This document shows, piece by piece, positions 49,036 to 61,751 of a stretch of 64,000 nucleotides of DNA. Every line of letters starts with the position of its first letter. Position 1 is the stretch's first letter. The notes beneath the pieces were generated by a model. That model saw only the letters and a list, made by a program, of their open reading frames with translations. It searched no databases and was not told the DNA's origin. Source of the stretch: Vermamoeba vermiformis (taxonomy: Eukaryota); the NCBI GenBank assembly GCA_045837725.1, contig JBEWZL010000152.1, forward strand, positions 248,001 through 312,000, written 5' to 3'. A program made the position numbers and the translations under genes.

Positions 49036-49453
49036 GAGGTCGACTTCACCGCGTTCATGCTTGCAAGCCCGCAATCATGTATTTTACGTTATTAAATAAA
49101 TTGGTTCTAAATCTGGAATTCCAGTCGTAATTGTTGGATGTTTTGTTAATGCTAATAATATTATGTTCCTTGGTTTCAGCATGAATTTCGATCAAATTGC
49201 TTATATCAATGCATCGTCTTCGAAAAAACGATCTAGATCACCATACTGTTCAACAAAATCTCTGGTGGAGATATTTGCTCGTTTCAGTACGGGTATCGGC
49301 CATCATTGCTTGCGGGGCATAGAGGCATTGCAAGCTAAGAGGCAGGGCAGTGCAGCGCAGTTACAATCGCCGATGATAAATTATTGATCAGATCTTACAG
49401 TCATATTAATTAAGCGCTCCTTTTCTGTTAGTTTGACGTTCTTACAACCACAA

Positions 49454-49655
49454 ATGAACAAGTAAATCATCTTCACTATTGTTTTGGGTATGTAAGTCGC
49501 TTGTTTCCTATCGCATCAGAGAACAATACTCAATTCTTCTATGTAGCATTCGCTGCCACCGCTTACGCTTCTTGTGACCTCATCGGGCTGACCGATTGCA
49601 GCTATGACTTGGGGAACTTGCTTTGGTAACGCCAATTATTTTCGCTCTCTTCTAA
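49454..49655 (+). pseudogene. Degenerate copy of the 10-Cys GPI gene family
   Basis: ATGAACAAGTAA gives a stop at codon 4 where the paralog at 49986 has TTG. Same exon 1, intron position and GCTCTCTTCTAAGCAGC end, with a large internal deletion. Confidence 0.8.
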
Positions 49656-49985
49656 GCAGCTTGGGCCATTGCAACCTAGCTACACGATTGTTGCTCATTT
49701 CTACGGTCAAATAAAGAGTTATTTACAATTTTCTGAATTTAGCTTTCGTTTAATCTGGAGGTAATCTCGCAGTACAAAAAACTAAAAGTAAATACTTAGA
49801 CTTGCACAAGGTACGAGTGTTTCATTACTACCAATTCCAAACTGTCATATTATTATTAAGTTATAAATTCTAATCTCCTATTTAGTACGCCAAACTCTCC
49901 CACGTGGTTTTCACGTGACTTTCAAACAAAACCAAATTCTTGCGCCTTTTTGTTTTACGTTCCAACCTTCACGAACAACACCACA

Positions 49986-50356
49986 ATGAACAAGTTGATC
50001 ATCTTCACTATTGTTTTGGGTAAGTCTTGTTACGTGCCGCGCTGCATTACTAACTTCGTTATGTAGCCTTCGCTGCCACCGCTTACGCTGCTTGCGATAT
50101 TAACGCTCTTGCCACCTGCGCTACCGACGCTGCTTCTTGCATTGCCTCTGCTCTCACCGACAAGAACGCCATCTGCGCTTGCAACGGTAAATACGCTGCC
50201 TGCTTCCTCAAGAACGGCTGCACCTCTGGTGCCGACTGGGATGCCTTCGTCAAGTCCTGCACCAGCGCTGGTTGCACTTCTGCCCAATGCAGCTCTGCCT
50301 CCACCATCTCCGCTGTCTTTGGCTTGGCTGTTGCCGTCGTTGCCGCTCTCTTCTAA
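49986..50356 (+). CDS. Small secreted 10-Cys protein with GPI-type tail (paralog 2)
   Basis: MNKLIIFTIVL|AFAATAYAACDINALATC...NAICACNG...SCTSAGCTSAQCSSASTISAVFGLAVAVVAALF*; same Cys spacing as paralog 1. Confidence 0.85.
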
Positions 50357-50777
50357 GCAGCGATCTTGATCTTGTAACAAACCTACGAGCTTATGCGTAG
50401 CCCTTTGTACTAGCTGATAAACATTAATTCGATCTAACGAATTGTCTATGCGCTTGCGATTGCACGCAGTCTCTCATTTTCTGTTTTCGAAGATGCGTTT
50501 TTGATCGGTACACTAACCGAAAGTCTTTGCAAGACGCTCAAGCAAAGGACATACTTGTCTATCGGGAGCATATATTAATATTATTCATCGCAAGGGCGCT
50601 TTTGTTGGTCAAAAAAAAAAACAGATGGCGGTTAAAATCCGATCAGATCATTTTATCGAATTAATTCGATCAAATCAATCCTGGATTCTGCGATTAAATG
50701 TACCTTGATCTTATTAGGACGCCTAATAAACCGCAAACTTAGGATATGCTGCATCTTCCTTAAAAGAAGCGCGGGTC

Positions 50778-53700
50778 CTATTGAAATACTATGCTTCGTT
50801 CTTCATCTCGCAGTTCGTAGTACGCATTATCGAAGTTGATCCTTTTTTTCTCTAAATAGTTCGATTAGTGGATGCATGAGCTCCATTACTACTCCGTAGC
50901 GGAGGATCCGCTTCTCCAAATTATAGGATGAGGATAGGATAAACTAGCATATATACACACGAAATGTCTAATTTTGGCTACCGGTAGATATGCATATCTC
51001 AGATAAAACCGGAACGCATCCGAGCAAGAAAATTTCAGAAAAACTTACTTATGCCGCAGGTGAGATCGTAGAATAGCCGCCATGCAAAAGCAGTACCCAG
51101 CGAAGAGAGCAGCAAATCAGTTGCATAAAACAACATTTGAAGAACTGCTTTTGTTTGGTAATGCTCGCAATCCTCCGCGTCTTCGTTGTTCATGCAAAAG
51201 GTAAAATCGGCTCCTAATAAGCCTATATATACTACTGCGCGCACGAATATAGCAGTCTCCAAGATGGCAAACTATTTTTAAGGTTAGATAAATCTATAAA
51301 CTCGATCCAAAAATAGAAATCGGAAATTCTGTTCGTACTGTCTACTTACCGATAATACCATCCATTTGTTAGCTTTTAGTGCGCAAATGAATCCATAAAT
51401 CGCGATCAATAACCATAAAACGGTTAGAACTGTTGATACGAGTTCAAAGACCGGCGTTAGCACCAAAAACGCGAATATATTCAGCTATATTACATTAAAA
51501 GACAGTCAATAAGGGTACGATATTAAATAGAGACGCGTCGCTTACAGCTTCAATTGTACAAATCGCCTGAACTCTGAAAGTTTGCGGATGTAGCCTTCGG
51601 TCACGTACACGGTCCTGTAAATGCAAGATATTAGAATAATTAAACATCCAAGACCAATATAGCAAAGCTGATAGCTATGGAAAGGTACGTACTCTCGCGC
51701 TCAGTTTGAATTTGTGTGCCAAGTACAACGCGATGACGCAGGTCACCGAGAACAACGCTATAATGACTGCACCCGTTGAAAAGATGATGACAGACCCGAC
51801 TCTAAGAGGAGGACATTATTAATATGAGCCTATCCATAGACACAATGTATAGGCATTCGTCACAAGAGTGTCGTGTAGTGGAATGTAACACGTGTCCAAA
51901 AATCGTTTGTTAATGGATAATTAAATTGCTATACGTACACAAACTGTTGGCAGACCGAGTCTAATAATTTTTGGGCAGTACTTCGCAGAAATTCGCAGTT
52001 AAGAATTTCGAAAAGGTTTTCAAAGATCTGAGTCATAATAACGACTTTTTGAACCATAGTTTGAAGAGCTGTTAATCCATCGCTCGGGGGAGCCTACATA
52101 ACAAGATTAATAAAGAGATGGAGTACCAAATAGGCCTATTCTAAGAAGCGATCATGAAGGTTAGAAGTAGATGTGGATTTAGACTTACCGAAGCAGCTCT
52201 ATTGTTGATTTCGATTAATATGCCTTGAATATGCAATACAGTTTGAGTAATGATATCGTCCAACGATTTAGAGTCTGAAGTTAGCGTCGGATCGAACGAG
52301 TAACTCAGCACTTGAGTACTCGAATCATTTAATGCGACTAGTAACTCCGAAGTAAATGAAAATGCACTTTCAAAGCCAGGGAAGTAACTGCCAGTACTAA
52401 AGCAGTTGTTTAAGATACTGCTCAAGCCTGAATCCGTCGAGTTGATGGAATTGCTGAATGATTCTGTAGGCTGGCCATGAAGTCCATTATATATTGAATA
52501 GCAGACATCATCGAGTAGCACTGATGCTGGCAGATGAATAGCGAATGTAGCTGATATGAAGGCAATCGAGATGAAACTTATAATGCCACATCTAGAAAAT
52601 TTAAGTTAATGAATGATTGTGCGGACTAAACTTAGGATCAATAAGCGAGGCGCGGAGACCATAGTTTTGTATTGACAATAGACACTGGTTCTTATAGAAA
52701 GATTTTGAGATCCGGTACGCGGATAATATATCATTCAAATTCGATTTGGTTGCTTAGATCAAACCCATATGTGCTTAGTACGTACATTAATGATAGTTTA
52801 GCATGTCTAAGAACCATTCCAGTGACTCCAACAGCAATATTTGTAATCGTAAACATGAAAGTAAAGTACACGAAGGTAGATCTGTCAGGCAAAGAGTCAT
52901 GTTAGCTATATTTAGAACCAGATGATATAATATTGTTATTATGTACATGCCTTAATATTTCTACGTCATATCCCGTCGACTCTATACGTTTTGTTGTTGC
53001 TGCAAGAGATGCGATACCTTCTTGCAACGAAGATAACGAGTCTGAGATAAAAAAAAGGTTAAAACGGTCTATAATATAAATTTTGAATATAAATATATAA
53101 ATACCTTGGTATTCTTCGTTAATTTGGCCGATCAGCTCGGTAACATTAGTTACGTGTCCACTGACGTGATTAGCTGAGTCAGTGAGCGTACTTAGCAACG
53201 TTACAAAGCCTGCGCCAACTTTATCATCTCCGGTCAGCATAACGACAATAGCGAAGCTGAATATAAAGGTATTAGTCAAATTTCAGATGCACCTAAAAAT
53301 AAGAAATTTCATAGTAACCCTTTAAAGGGACATTTGGAAACATGAGTCACTCATTTGTATATACGCGATGCTTGTTACTATATTAATACGAGTATACTTA
53401 CATTAGAACCGGTGTTACAACGCCCCACACGATCCGGTGTTGCATAAACGGTTTGCCCTTGTTCAGCATGACTGGTACTCGTCCACATCGTTTACAACAT
53501 CCATAACACGAGCAGAATATAATCCCTGAGACTATACTCACGAATGCAACAATAAGGCCAGGGATGAGCAAAACCAAAATTGACTGAACGGGACAAAATC
53601 AGAAAAAAAACGTAAATTTTAAATTTAGGTTATACGTTATTATCATATTACTAATTTAATTGTTATGAATTATTAGCGTGATCCGGATTCGATTAAATTA

Positions 53701-53907
53701 ATAAAAAATAACTTACACTAACATATTCTGCGCTGGCTTCAAATGATTGTTCTCGTGTAGGAAATGCACGTGTATAATTTTCAAATATCTGGCCTGTATA
53801 TAGTCAATTTAGATACGGGACGTGACAGTTCAACTTGTGATCTTATGGGATGTAGGCTTACCTTGAACTATAGGTGCTAATAGGAATATGAGAAATAAAT
53901 AATTCAT
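50778..53907 (-). CDS. Tweety/prominin-like multi-pass membrane protein with extra C-terminal TM block
   Basis: Signal peptide; TM followed by Cys cluster IIFCSCYGCCKRC; GDDKV.AG; VLLDDVCY; LNCEFL...LDSVC; further hydrophobic exons continue in frame. The 3' end is approximate. Confidence 0.55.
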
Positions 53908-54360
53908 ATTCTATTAATATTTGTAAAATTTCTAATTAATTTAGCCTTAGTCGTGCTATTCCATTGCAAAAATACAAAAAATAAGTGACACTCGAGATAA
54001 GTCGAAAAGTATCTTCTGCTCGTTTATTAGCAATAATACGAAGACATGTTATAGCATCATATTAATATCATTAGGAGGCGGTTTGCTGCTTTGAGCCTTT
54101 AATATCTTGATCCACATCTAGAGAACAAATTCATTAGCAATCTGTACAAACGAAGAATCGCAAAGTCAGAATTACTACGTATTTGCAACTTACTTGTCTT
54201 AGCGGAGCTTCCTCCGAGACCACCGGTGTCAGAACCAAAAGACTTAAAACTAGTTTGAGATCCAGAAGCAGTATCTCGCTTTAAATTGCCAAGATTTCTA
54301 TTGCCGACATCGGCGCTAGATCCGGTATCTAAATCTCCGCAGAATATCTCCGTTACGATT

Positions 54361-54362
<2 letters not shown>

Positions 54363-54405
<43 letters not shown>
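54363..54405. repeat. 43-nt poly(T) homopolymer
   Basis: Directly visible, intergenic. Confidence 0.9.
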
Positions 54406-54407
<2 letters not shown>

Positions 54408-54800
54408 ATGACTTTGCAGACTATGATAATTCAATACTAAGTAGATCTAGCAAAACTTTCCAACGTGAATAAAATATCTGCAAAACTCGTCGCATTGGCA
54501 ATTATATCTCGTGTTAATCGCGCAATAAAGGTGTTGTATTGCAATAGTAAGGTCATCCATATTGATCGATTGAACGTTACCGCGGCTAAGAACACTGTGG
54601 ATACACATCATCGTTGACAAAAAAGTTTCTACTTCGTTATAACTTAGCATATACTTCATAATGACATGTCTTCTTACTAAAGTGTAATAGGATCTTGTCC
54701 AATGTCTGTTAAGTTCCTCTGATTGAATTTGCTACATCCGCATTGTAGGATCCAGTTTCAATATGTCCAGGCTTAATAAATATGCCACAATATGGTCCTA

Positions 54801-56213
54801 TCAAGTCTTCAGTACCATCGGACAGTATTTGGTGATAATTTCGCGGTAAAATGAGCCAGGCTTAGGTTTGTAAAGGTGCGTCAGTGAGTGCCACAAGTGC
54901 AAGCCATATCCGCCCTTATTTAACAATTCTTTCACTATTTTCACGTCACTGTGTTGTGAAGGAAATGATATAATAGGATAATCGCGCCAAAATATTGCGT
55001 AGAATGCTTCCTTCGGCATTTTTTTGACCACATCCAAAGACTTCGTAAACTAAAATAAATCGGATTAACGTACATATACTATTATTATATTACTTCATAA
55101 TAAGACATACGTTATTAAAGTATATTTTTGTTAACAGATCCGGTCCTAAGCTCGCCCAAGCTAATTGTTTAGTCGTCACTTTGACACGTGTCACTTCTTT
55201 AAGACACTCGAGAATGAATTCATTTCCGCGCTCAAATTTCATTACTGCTCCATTAATGGCAGCGGGACTTACTATAGTAAAATATTATTAGACTATACTA
55301 AATTTAGATTTTAAAATTCAGTCAACTAGATCCCGCTTACTAATGATTATATATGAGTGGTATATAATATTAATCACACTTACATATCATAGTATGATAC
55401 TGTAGGACCTTGTTCGCCAACAACGTTCGGCAGATCCAACAAATTTTTGAACGGCACGAAATCCGCATCCAAATAAATTCCACCACGCGTGTATAGTATT
55501 AAATACCTTAATACATCGCTGATACCATTATATTCTAGATTTGCATGATTATTCCACCACTTGTTCAGTTGAGGAAATTGAACAATGTCCTTGTCTGGTA
55601 CGTAATGCTCAAACTCGAGTTGTGGGCATATTAATTTGCTATAATAATTATAAATGTTAATTAAAGTATATAGAAGTATATTTAATAACATTCTAAGTGA
55701 TCGTATTGTCGATGAATTAAAGAAAAATTTGCGGGATCCGAATTAGGTGGATTTAAATTAGTTTGCCGTCGTAAACTTTGATTATATAATCGTATCTATG
55801 GGTACTTACATATTATGCCATGATTTTAGAGTTTCTGTTGGCAACGCATCCAGCTCTGGTACGTGCAGAATTTTAATTGGATTCTGTGGATGTGTTTGAC
55901 ACGTAGCCTCAATGGCGCATCGTATTGAATATGAGTCCCATAAATCATCTTCGATTTTTGTTATTAAGAAATAGATTATTACGTGATCGCGTGGTTTGGA
56001 TTCAATCGTCGGATCTATTTTCCAATCGTCATCTGGCAATTTCGTCCATTTTTCGATGAGAGTTGTGTTCTTATATTCATAGATATTATTATAGTATGTG
56101 GGATCAATGGTCCAATCATCATTAGACCTCGATCTGACGTAAAATAGCAAAACCACCAAAAAAGAGGTTGCTAATATCAGAAAAAATCCAACTTTCTTCA
56201 ATTTGATAGTCAT
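54801..56213 (-). CDS. GT32 DXD glycosyltransferase (alpha-1,4-Gal/GlcNAc-transferase-like), type II membrane
   Basis: N-terminal TM; SDVLRYLILYTRGGIYLDAD; INGAVMKFERG..F; WASLGPDLLT; GLHLWHS; YCP. Confidence 0.88.
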
Positions 56214-56792
56214 GACTCCATAGTAATACTACTAGCCTAGTTAAGACGATATTTAATAATGTTTGTAAGTATAAAATTAAATTCAATAACTTTACCGGAT
56301 TCTCAAGAGGTAGCAGAGGCTTCTAACTATGATTAGAATAGTATCAATATCATATTGATAGCTATATTAGAATAATAATTATAGTTCTTTGAATGCAGTG
56401 CCTTTGTGGTCGTTGTCTGTGCGCTAAAAATTTTGAAGTACTTTTCCTTTTGTGTCATTTTGACTTATTCTACTAGTAATGGACAATATTATCATGCAGT
56501 TATAATACATCTGAAGTGCAGCCGTATTTAGAGCACTTACAGAGCGATTCAATTGGTTTTGCTCCAGATCGAACTTGAAGCCCAAAGACTAAAGGATATG
56601 GTTTACCTACCTAACTGGCAAAGCAAAATTCAAAGCGCGGAAAGTTATGAATTGGATCCTAGCCCCAAGCACGAGCTCGCCGGGGAAATTTCTCTCGGAA
56701 TCGCCAAATTTGTGAGCCGCGGTCTCCAAGTCTCGATTTTTGACCGTTATGTGTTGTTTGGTATTATTACACTTACCAGCCACTAAAGCACC

Positions 56793-59511
56793 ATGTTAGC
56801 AAGGCAATTAACTTCTCTATTGACCCGCCGAGCCGCGCAGAACAAATCCGTTTTCAGCCGAAAGCTTTCGACTAACGCAGCACCTGGCCCTAAGAAAAGA
56901 AAGTGGGGCAAGACGTTGATGGTCGTATTAGCCATCGGTGGCGGTGTTTACGCGGTCGATCTGTGGGCTAATGACGATTTCGACATAATCAAAGATCGCT
57001 TCAGAACAAAAATTTCGGCTGAGGACAGAAAAGACAGGTAAGAGTTTGTATATAACATCCCATGCATAATCAACCGTTTATATAATTTTTGAATAATATT
57101 AAAACTCGGGAAAATAAATTGGATGTCGGTAACTTGCGTTAACCAAAACAAATTCAATTTCTGATTGTAAATTATTGCATTTTATATTATATTACAGCAT
57201 GCTACACGTAGATATTGCAATATTTAATTTCAGAAACTCGGACTTGCAAACTTTCCGACGAGATCCCAATTTACAATTTAAATTAATTCGAATTCTACAA
57301 CGACATTAAATATCGTAAACCATCGCAAAGTTATTAAGACATCGTATTAATCCAATATTCAGACCTCATGTCGTCATTTTGGGAGCTGGATGGGGTGCTT
57401 TGAACATGCTTCGAAAACTTCACTGCGACAAGTACAATGTCACTGTAATTTCGCCGAAAAATTACTTTGTATTTACTCCTTTATTGCCTGGTACTACTAC
57501 GGGTACTCTTGACTTCAGGTACGTCCCTTGAATTAGCTCAAAAGTTTTCGGATCACAAATCACTTTGGATCACATAGAACAAAATCAAATAGTGCTATAT
57601 AATCATCGATGATCTTAATTATGATCAATGTATCCTATTATTCGCTATTTTTCGTTTATTTTGGGAATTCTTTGTTTCCTCGTGCTCAGATCCCGAATAA
57701 ACTCACTCCAACGCCGTTGAAAAAAAATTCATCAAATATTAATATTATAATATAGATCTGTTATGGAGCCTATTCGCAAGTACTGCCGTCGTTCAGATGC
57801 CGAACAAGTGCGTTTTATTGAAGCCGAAGCTACTTCGATAGATCCGGTCACAAACAAAGTTCATTGCACGGACAATTCGCTCGTTAAAGGCGCAGGTATA
57901 TTAATAACTCGTATTATTATCGAAATGTGTACTAATATCAAAATGTATCATTAGTGACTGAATTTGACGTGCCTTACGATCATTTGGTCGTTGCTGTTGG
58001 TGCTGAAACAGGTATTAATAATAATTTTTATTATAATAATATTTGATAATACGAGAAATATCATAATTGAAAATTACACGTAAAAGTATCAGAACTTAAA
58101 TGATGAATATTCGGTATTAATTGAATTTTCTATTTTTTAGCCACTTTTGGTATTAAAGGCGTGACGGAGAATGCGTGTTTCATGAAGGGCGTTGAAGATA
58201 CGACAAAGATTCGCAATCGATTGTTGGACTGTCTCGAAACAGCTAGCATTCCGGGCATGCCTAAAGAGGAAGTCGAAAGATTGCTCAATTTTGTCGTTGT
58301 CGGCGGAGGTCCAGCGGGTGTCGAATATGCCTCCGAGCTGTACGATTTTGTCAAGCGCGATGTTCGTGAAAACTTCCCAGAACTCGCAGGTAACCTTCAC
58401 AACATGACCTCTGAAACGTGTTTCAATAGACTAATGTTACTATTGTATTGCTAGATCACGTCAAAATTACACTTGTTGAAGCGCTGCCTCACATCTTGAA
58501 CATGTTTGATGCTAAAGTTATTGATTACGTTGAAAGCCGATTCCGTGAATTGCACGGTAAGTGATCAGATCCAAACATTTTAATCTTATCTTTTACATCA
58601 CATCGATATATATTCACCTCTTTAAAGCTTAATATACAGCTATTATATTGCTATTATATTGCTTGAGTGGATGAAGTTCTAATGCTTTTTGTGGCAGGAA
58701 TGAAAGTTTTGCTGAACAGCGCTGTCAATGCAGTTGGACCCAACGAACTGACCATCAAAACGCAAAAAGGAGAACAAATCAATATGCCCTACGGTCTTCT
58801 CGTGTGGGTGACGGGTAATGCCCCGCGCAAGATTGTCACTGATCTCGTGACATCGATCGGCGGTCCTCAAAACAACCGTCGTGGCTTGCTCACCGACGAA
58901 CACATGCGCGTCAAAGGCACGAACAATATCTGGGCATTGGGTGATTGCACATTGACTGGCTTGCCTGCCACTGCACAAGTAGCCTCACAAGAAGGTCGTT
59001 ACTTGGGTCGTTTGTTCAACGAGTACGCGGATGTGTTCAACGAAGACGCGAAGAAGGCACGTGATCACAAGGCCTTGCCTGCTCCTCAAATCACTAATAA
59101 GGGCGAGGGCTCTTCTAATGCTGCCTCTAGCGCTATTGCGGCAGCTTTTGTCGATTCATTGGGTCCTGCTCTTGACTCGTAAGTCAAACCACATCCGCTT
59201 CGAACATCACTTTTTTTCTTCATATTTTTGGCTAAAAATAGTATTCTTCGAAACCCTTATTAACTTGCGCTAATATTTATAGGTACAGCAAGTTCAAATA
59301 CGAACATTTTGGAAGTTTCGCGTACGTTGGTGGCCACAAGGCAGTCGCAGAATTCAAGCGTGAGAACAAATGGACCTCAACAGGCATGGCTACGTTCTTA
59401 TTATGGCGCAGTGTCTATTTGTCCAAGTTGTTGAGCACTCGTAACCGCATCTTGGTTGGTTTTGACTGGATGAAGTCTTGGATCTTCGGTCGTGATGTTA
59501 GCCGAACGTAA
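56793..59511 (+). CDS. Mitochondrial type II (alternative) NADH dehydrogenase, NDH-2
   Basis: Transit-like N-terminus; VILGAGWG; SPKNYFVFTPLLP; VVGGGPAGVE; ALGDC; LPATAQVASQEG; LWRSVYLSK; DWMKSWIFGRDVSR. Confidence 0.95.
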
Positions 59512-59687
59512 ATAGTATCTAAATATATTTATTTGAACAATAAAGTAGGGTAATTAATGAATCCCAAAGCTGTACTTGTCCCAGAAATTTTATCAACTTT
59601 ATTTTTTGTTTTTCCCGCGGTATTCAAAATGATTTTATTATTTTCACCAAGCGAAGAACTAGAGCACTGTATTATATATGATATGAA

Positions 59688-61592
59688 ATGATTAAGCTAA
59701 AATTAATAGATAGGAGGAATCAAGAATTTGAATTTACGTAAGTAACTTTCGATCTGATCATTTTGAAAGTTGCAAAACTGAACTTCATATTTAAAATAGA
59801 GAAGGCGAACATTTTTTAGGACGGGGGCCGTTATTACAAATTAATGATCCAAAATGTAGTAAAAAGCAAGCTAAGCTAACGATCTCCGAGAAAAAAATAT
59901 TATTGCAGTCTGTAAGTATTTCTAATATTTATTTTAAGTAAATATAGAATAGAGTGATATAATTGTATCGGCTTAAAATTAATTTCGGATTTTTCTGTCA
60001 GATGGGCAAAAATCCAATGTCACTTTATTCACCTCAAATAGGCTGGCGAAAAATTGCAAAAAACCAACAGGTATGTATATTATCATTAATAATAGTATTT
60101 AATATGCTATTTTTAGACTGTTTTGCACAATGGGGACACGATTAATTTGTTGCTGAATTATTACCCTTACAAAATCTCTATTGAAAATACCGAGAAAAGA
60201 GAAAAAGAAGAAGAAAGATTCGTGCCCGATTATAACGATAGTAGTCAAGAAGCATCTCTTATAATTGAAGAAGTGTTTGCGGCAGATCCGGATCCACCAC
60301 CAAAAAATAATTCAAATAATTCAACAAACGGCCACAAAATTTCTTCGAATAATAATAATACGAGCCATAAACTCGATAGCGAAGATTTATCGATCGATTT
60401 GAACCAAATTGACGATGAACCAGATTCGCCGCAAATAACCAACGACGGAGATCTGCCACCGCTGCCGTTAGCCGTAGCATTATCGGAGGATAATAATAAG
60501 AAGAATAAGGAACGCGAATTAGAAGAAAAATTGAAAAAAGAGGAAGAATTAAAGAAAGAAATGGAGAATAAGAAACGACAAGATGAGATTAATCTGAAAA
60601 ATTTGGAGAAAAAAAAAGAAGAGGAAAGAAAACAGGCTCAAAATTCTCCGAAAAAGATGCAAACATTTCGATCACCGAGTTTATTTTCACAAAAAAACAA
60701 TACTTTGTCCAACAACGATGGCGCCCAATTGCCAGTCGTAAAATCATCAGCCCCATTTTCATTATCGACTAAATTAAATTCTCCGACGCAATCACCAAAT
60801 AAGGCAAGTGCGACGAATAACGGCAATGCTTTGACCGGTCAAAAAAGGTCAAGAGAAAGTGACAGCAATGATTTTCAACAAACTCCAAACAAGAAGCCGA
60901 AGACGATTATAAGTCACGTGATTGATTTAGAGGATAATAATAGTTCGCAAATAGAGCAACAGAAACAAATAGAACAAGATTATTATGACAAAAAAAAGCG
61001 TGAAGAAGAAGATGCAAAATTAGCGAGACAATTGTTCGAAAAAGAACAAAAAAAGATGCGCGAAGAAGAAGAAAAGAGATTAGACGATAATTTTATTGCG
61101 AGTGATGATGACTTGGAAGACTATAATAATAAGAATACTAAGAAAAGTAACAGCAATAAGAAACAACAAAAAAATTCTCCGAGCAGCAGATCCGGATCCA
61201 CCAACACCCCGAAAAAGAAAAATAATAAGAAGAAAAGAGTTATTACTAGTGACGACGAGGAAGATGACAGTGAAATTAGTTTTGACAGTGACGAACAACA
61301 GCCGCGCATGTCAGATGATTTCTATAAAAGGAATACTCCAAAAAAATCCAACGCTACTGTAATCGTGACACCAAAATCAACGGCGACAGTTACCAAAAAA
61401 GGCAAGTCGAGTCAACGTGCTGAAGAATCGTCTGGTTCCGAGTCAGTGGATCTTGGAAAAAGTCCGAACAAAGCATCGCCAAAAAAGGCAAATTCTCCGA
61501 GTAAAGGCAAACCGACCACACGAAGCAACAAAAAGACTGCAAAAGTAACTACGACACTTAAATATGACGTCGATGACGATGATTTTCAGTGA
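59688..61592 (+). CDS. PNKP/APLF/aprataxin-type FHA domain protein with long disordered tail
   Basis: Spliced EGEHFLGRGPLLQINDPKCSKKQA...|MGKNP...|TVLHNGDTINLL..YYPY matches the FHA_2 type. The tail is K/E/N/S-rich with VIDLED and EEEDAKLARQL. Confidence 0.75.
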
Positions 61593-61751
61593 AAGGCGGA
61601 ACAATATGCATTTGATGGTGAAAATAAAAACTTGTTGGATCTGTTTGCAGAAACGCTTATGTTTGTAGTTAGCTTCAAAAAAGTTGAACGACAGATCCAT
61701 ACCGGAAATTCTTTAAATATCGCGTTTTTTTTATATGGTGATATTAAAACA

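Noticed and set aside
54099-54434. Poly-lysine ORF
   Set aside because: An artefact of translating the T43 homopolymer.
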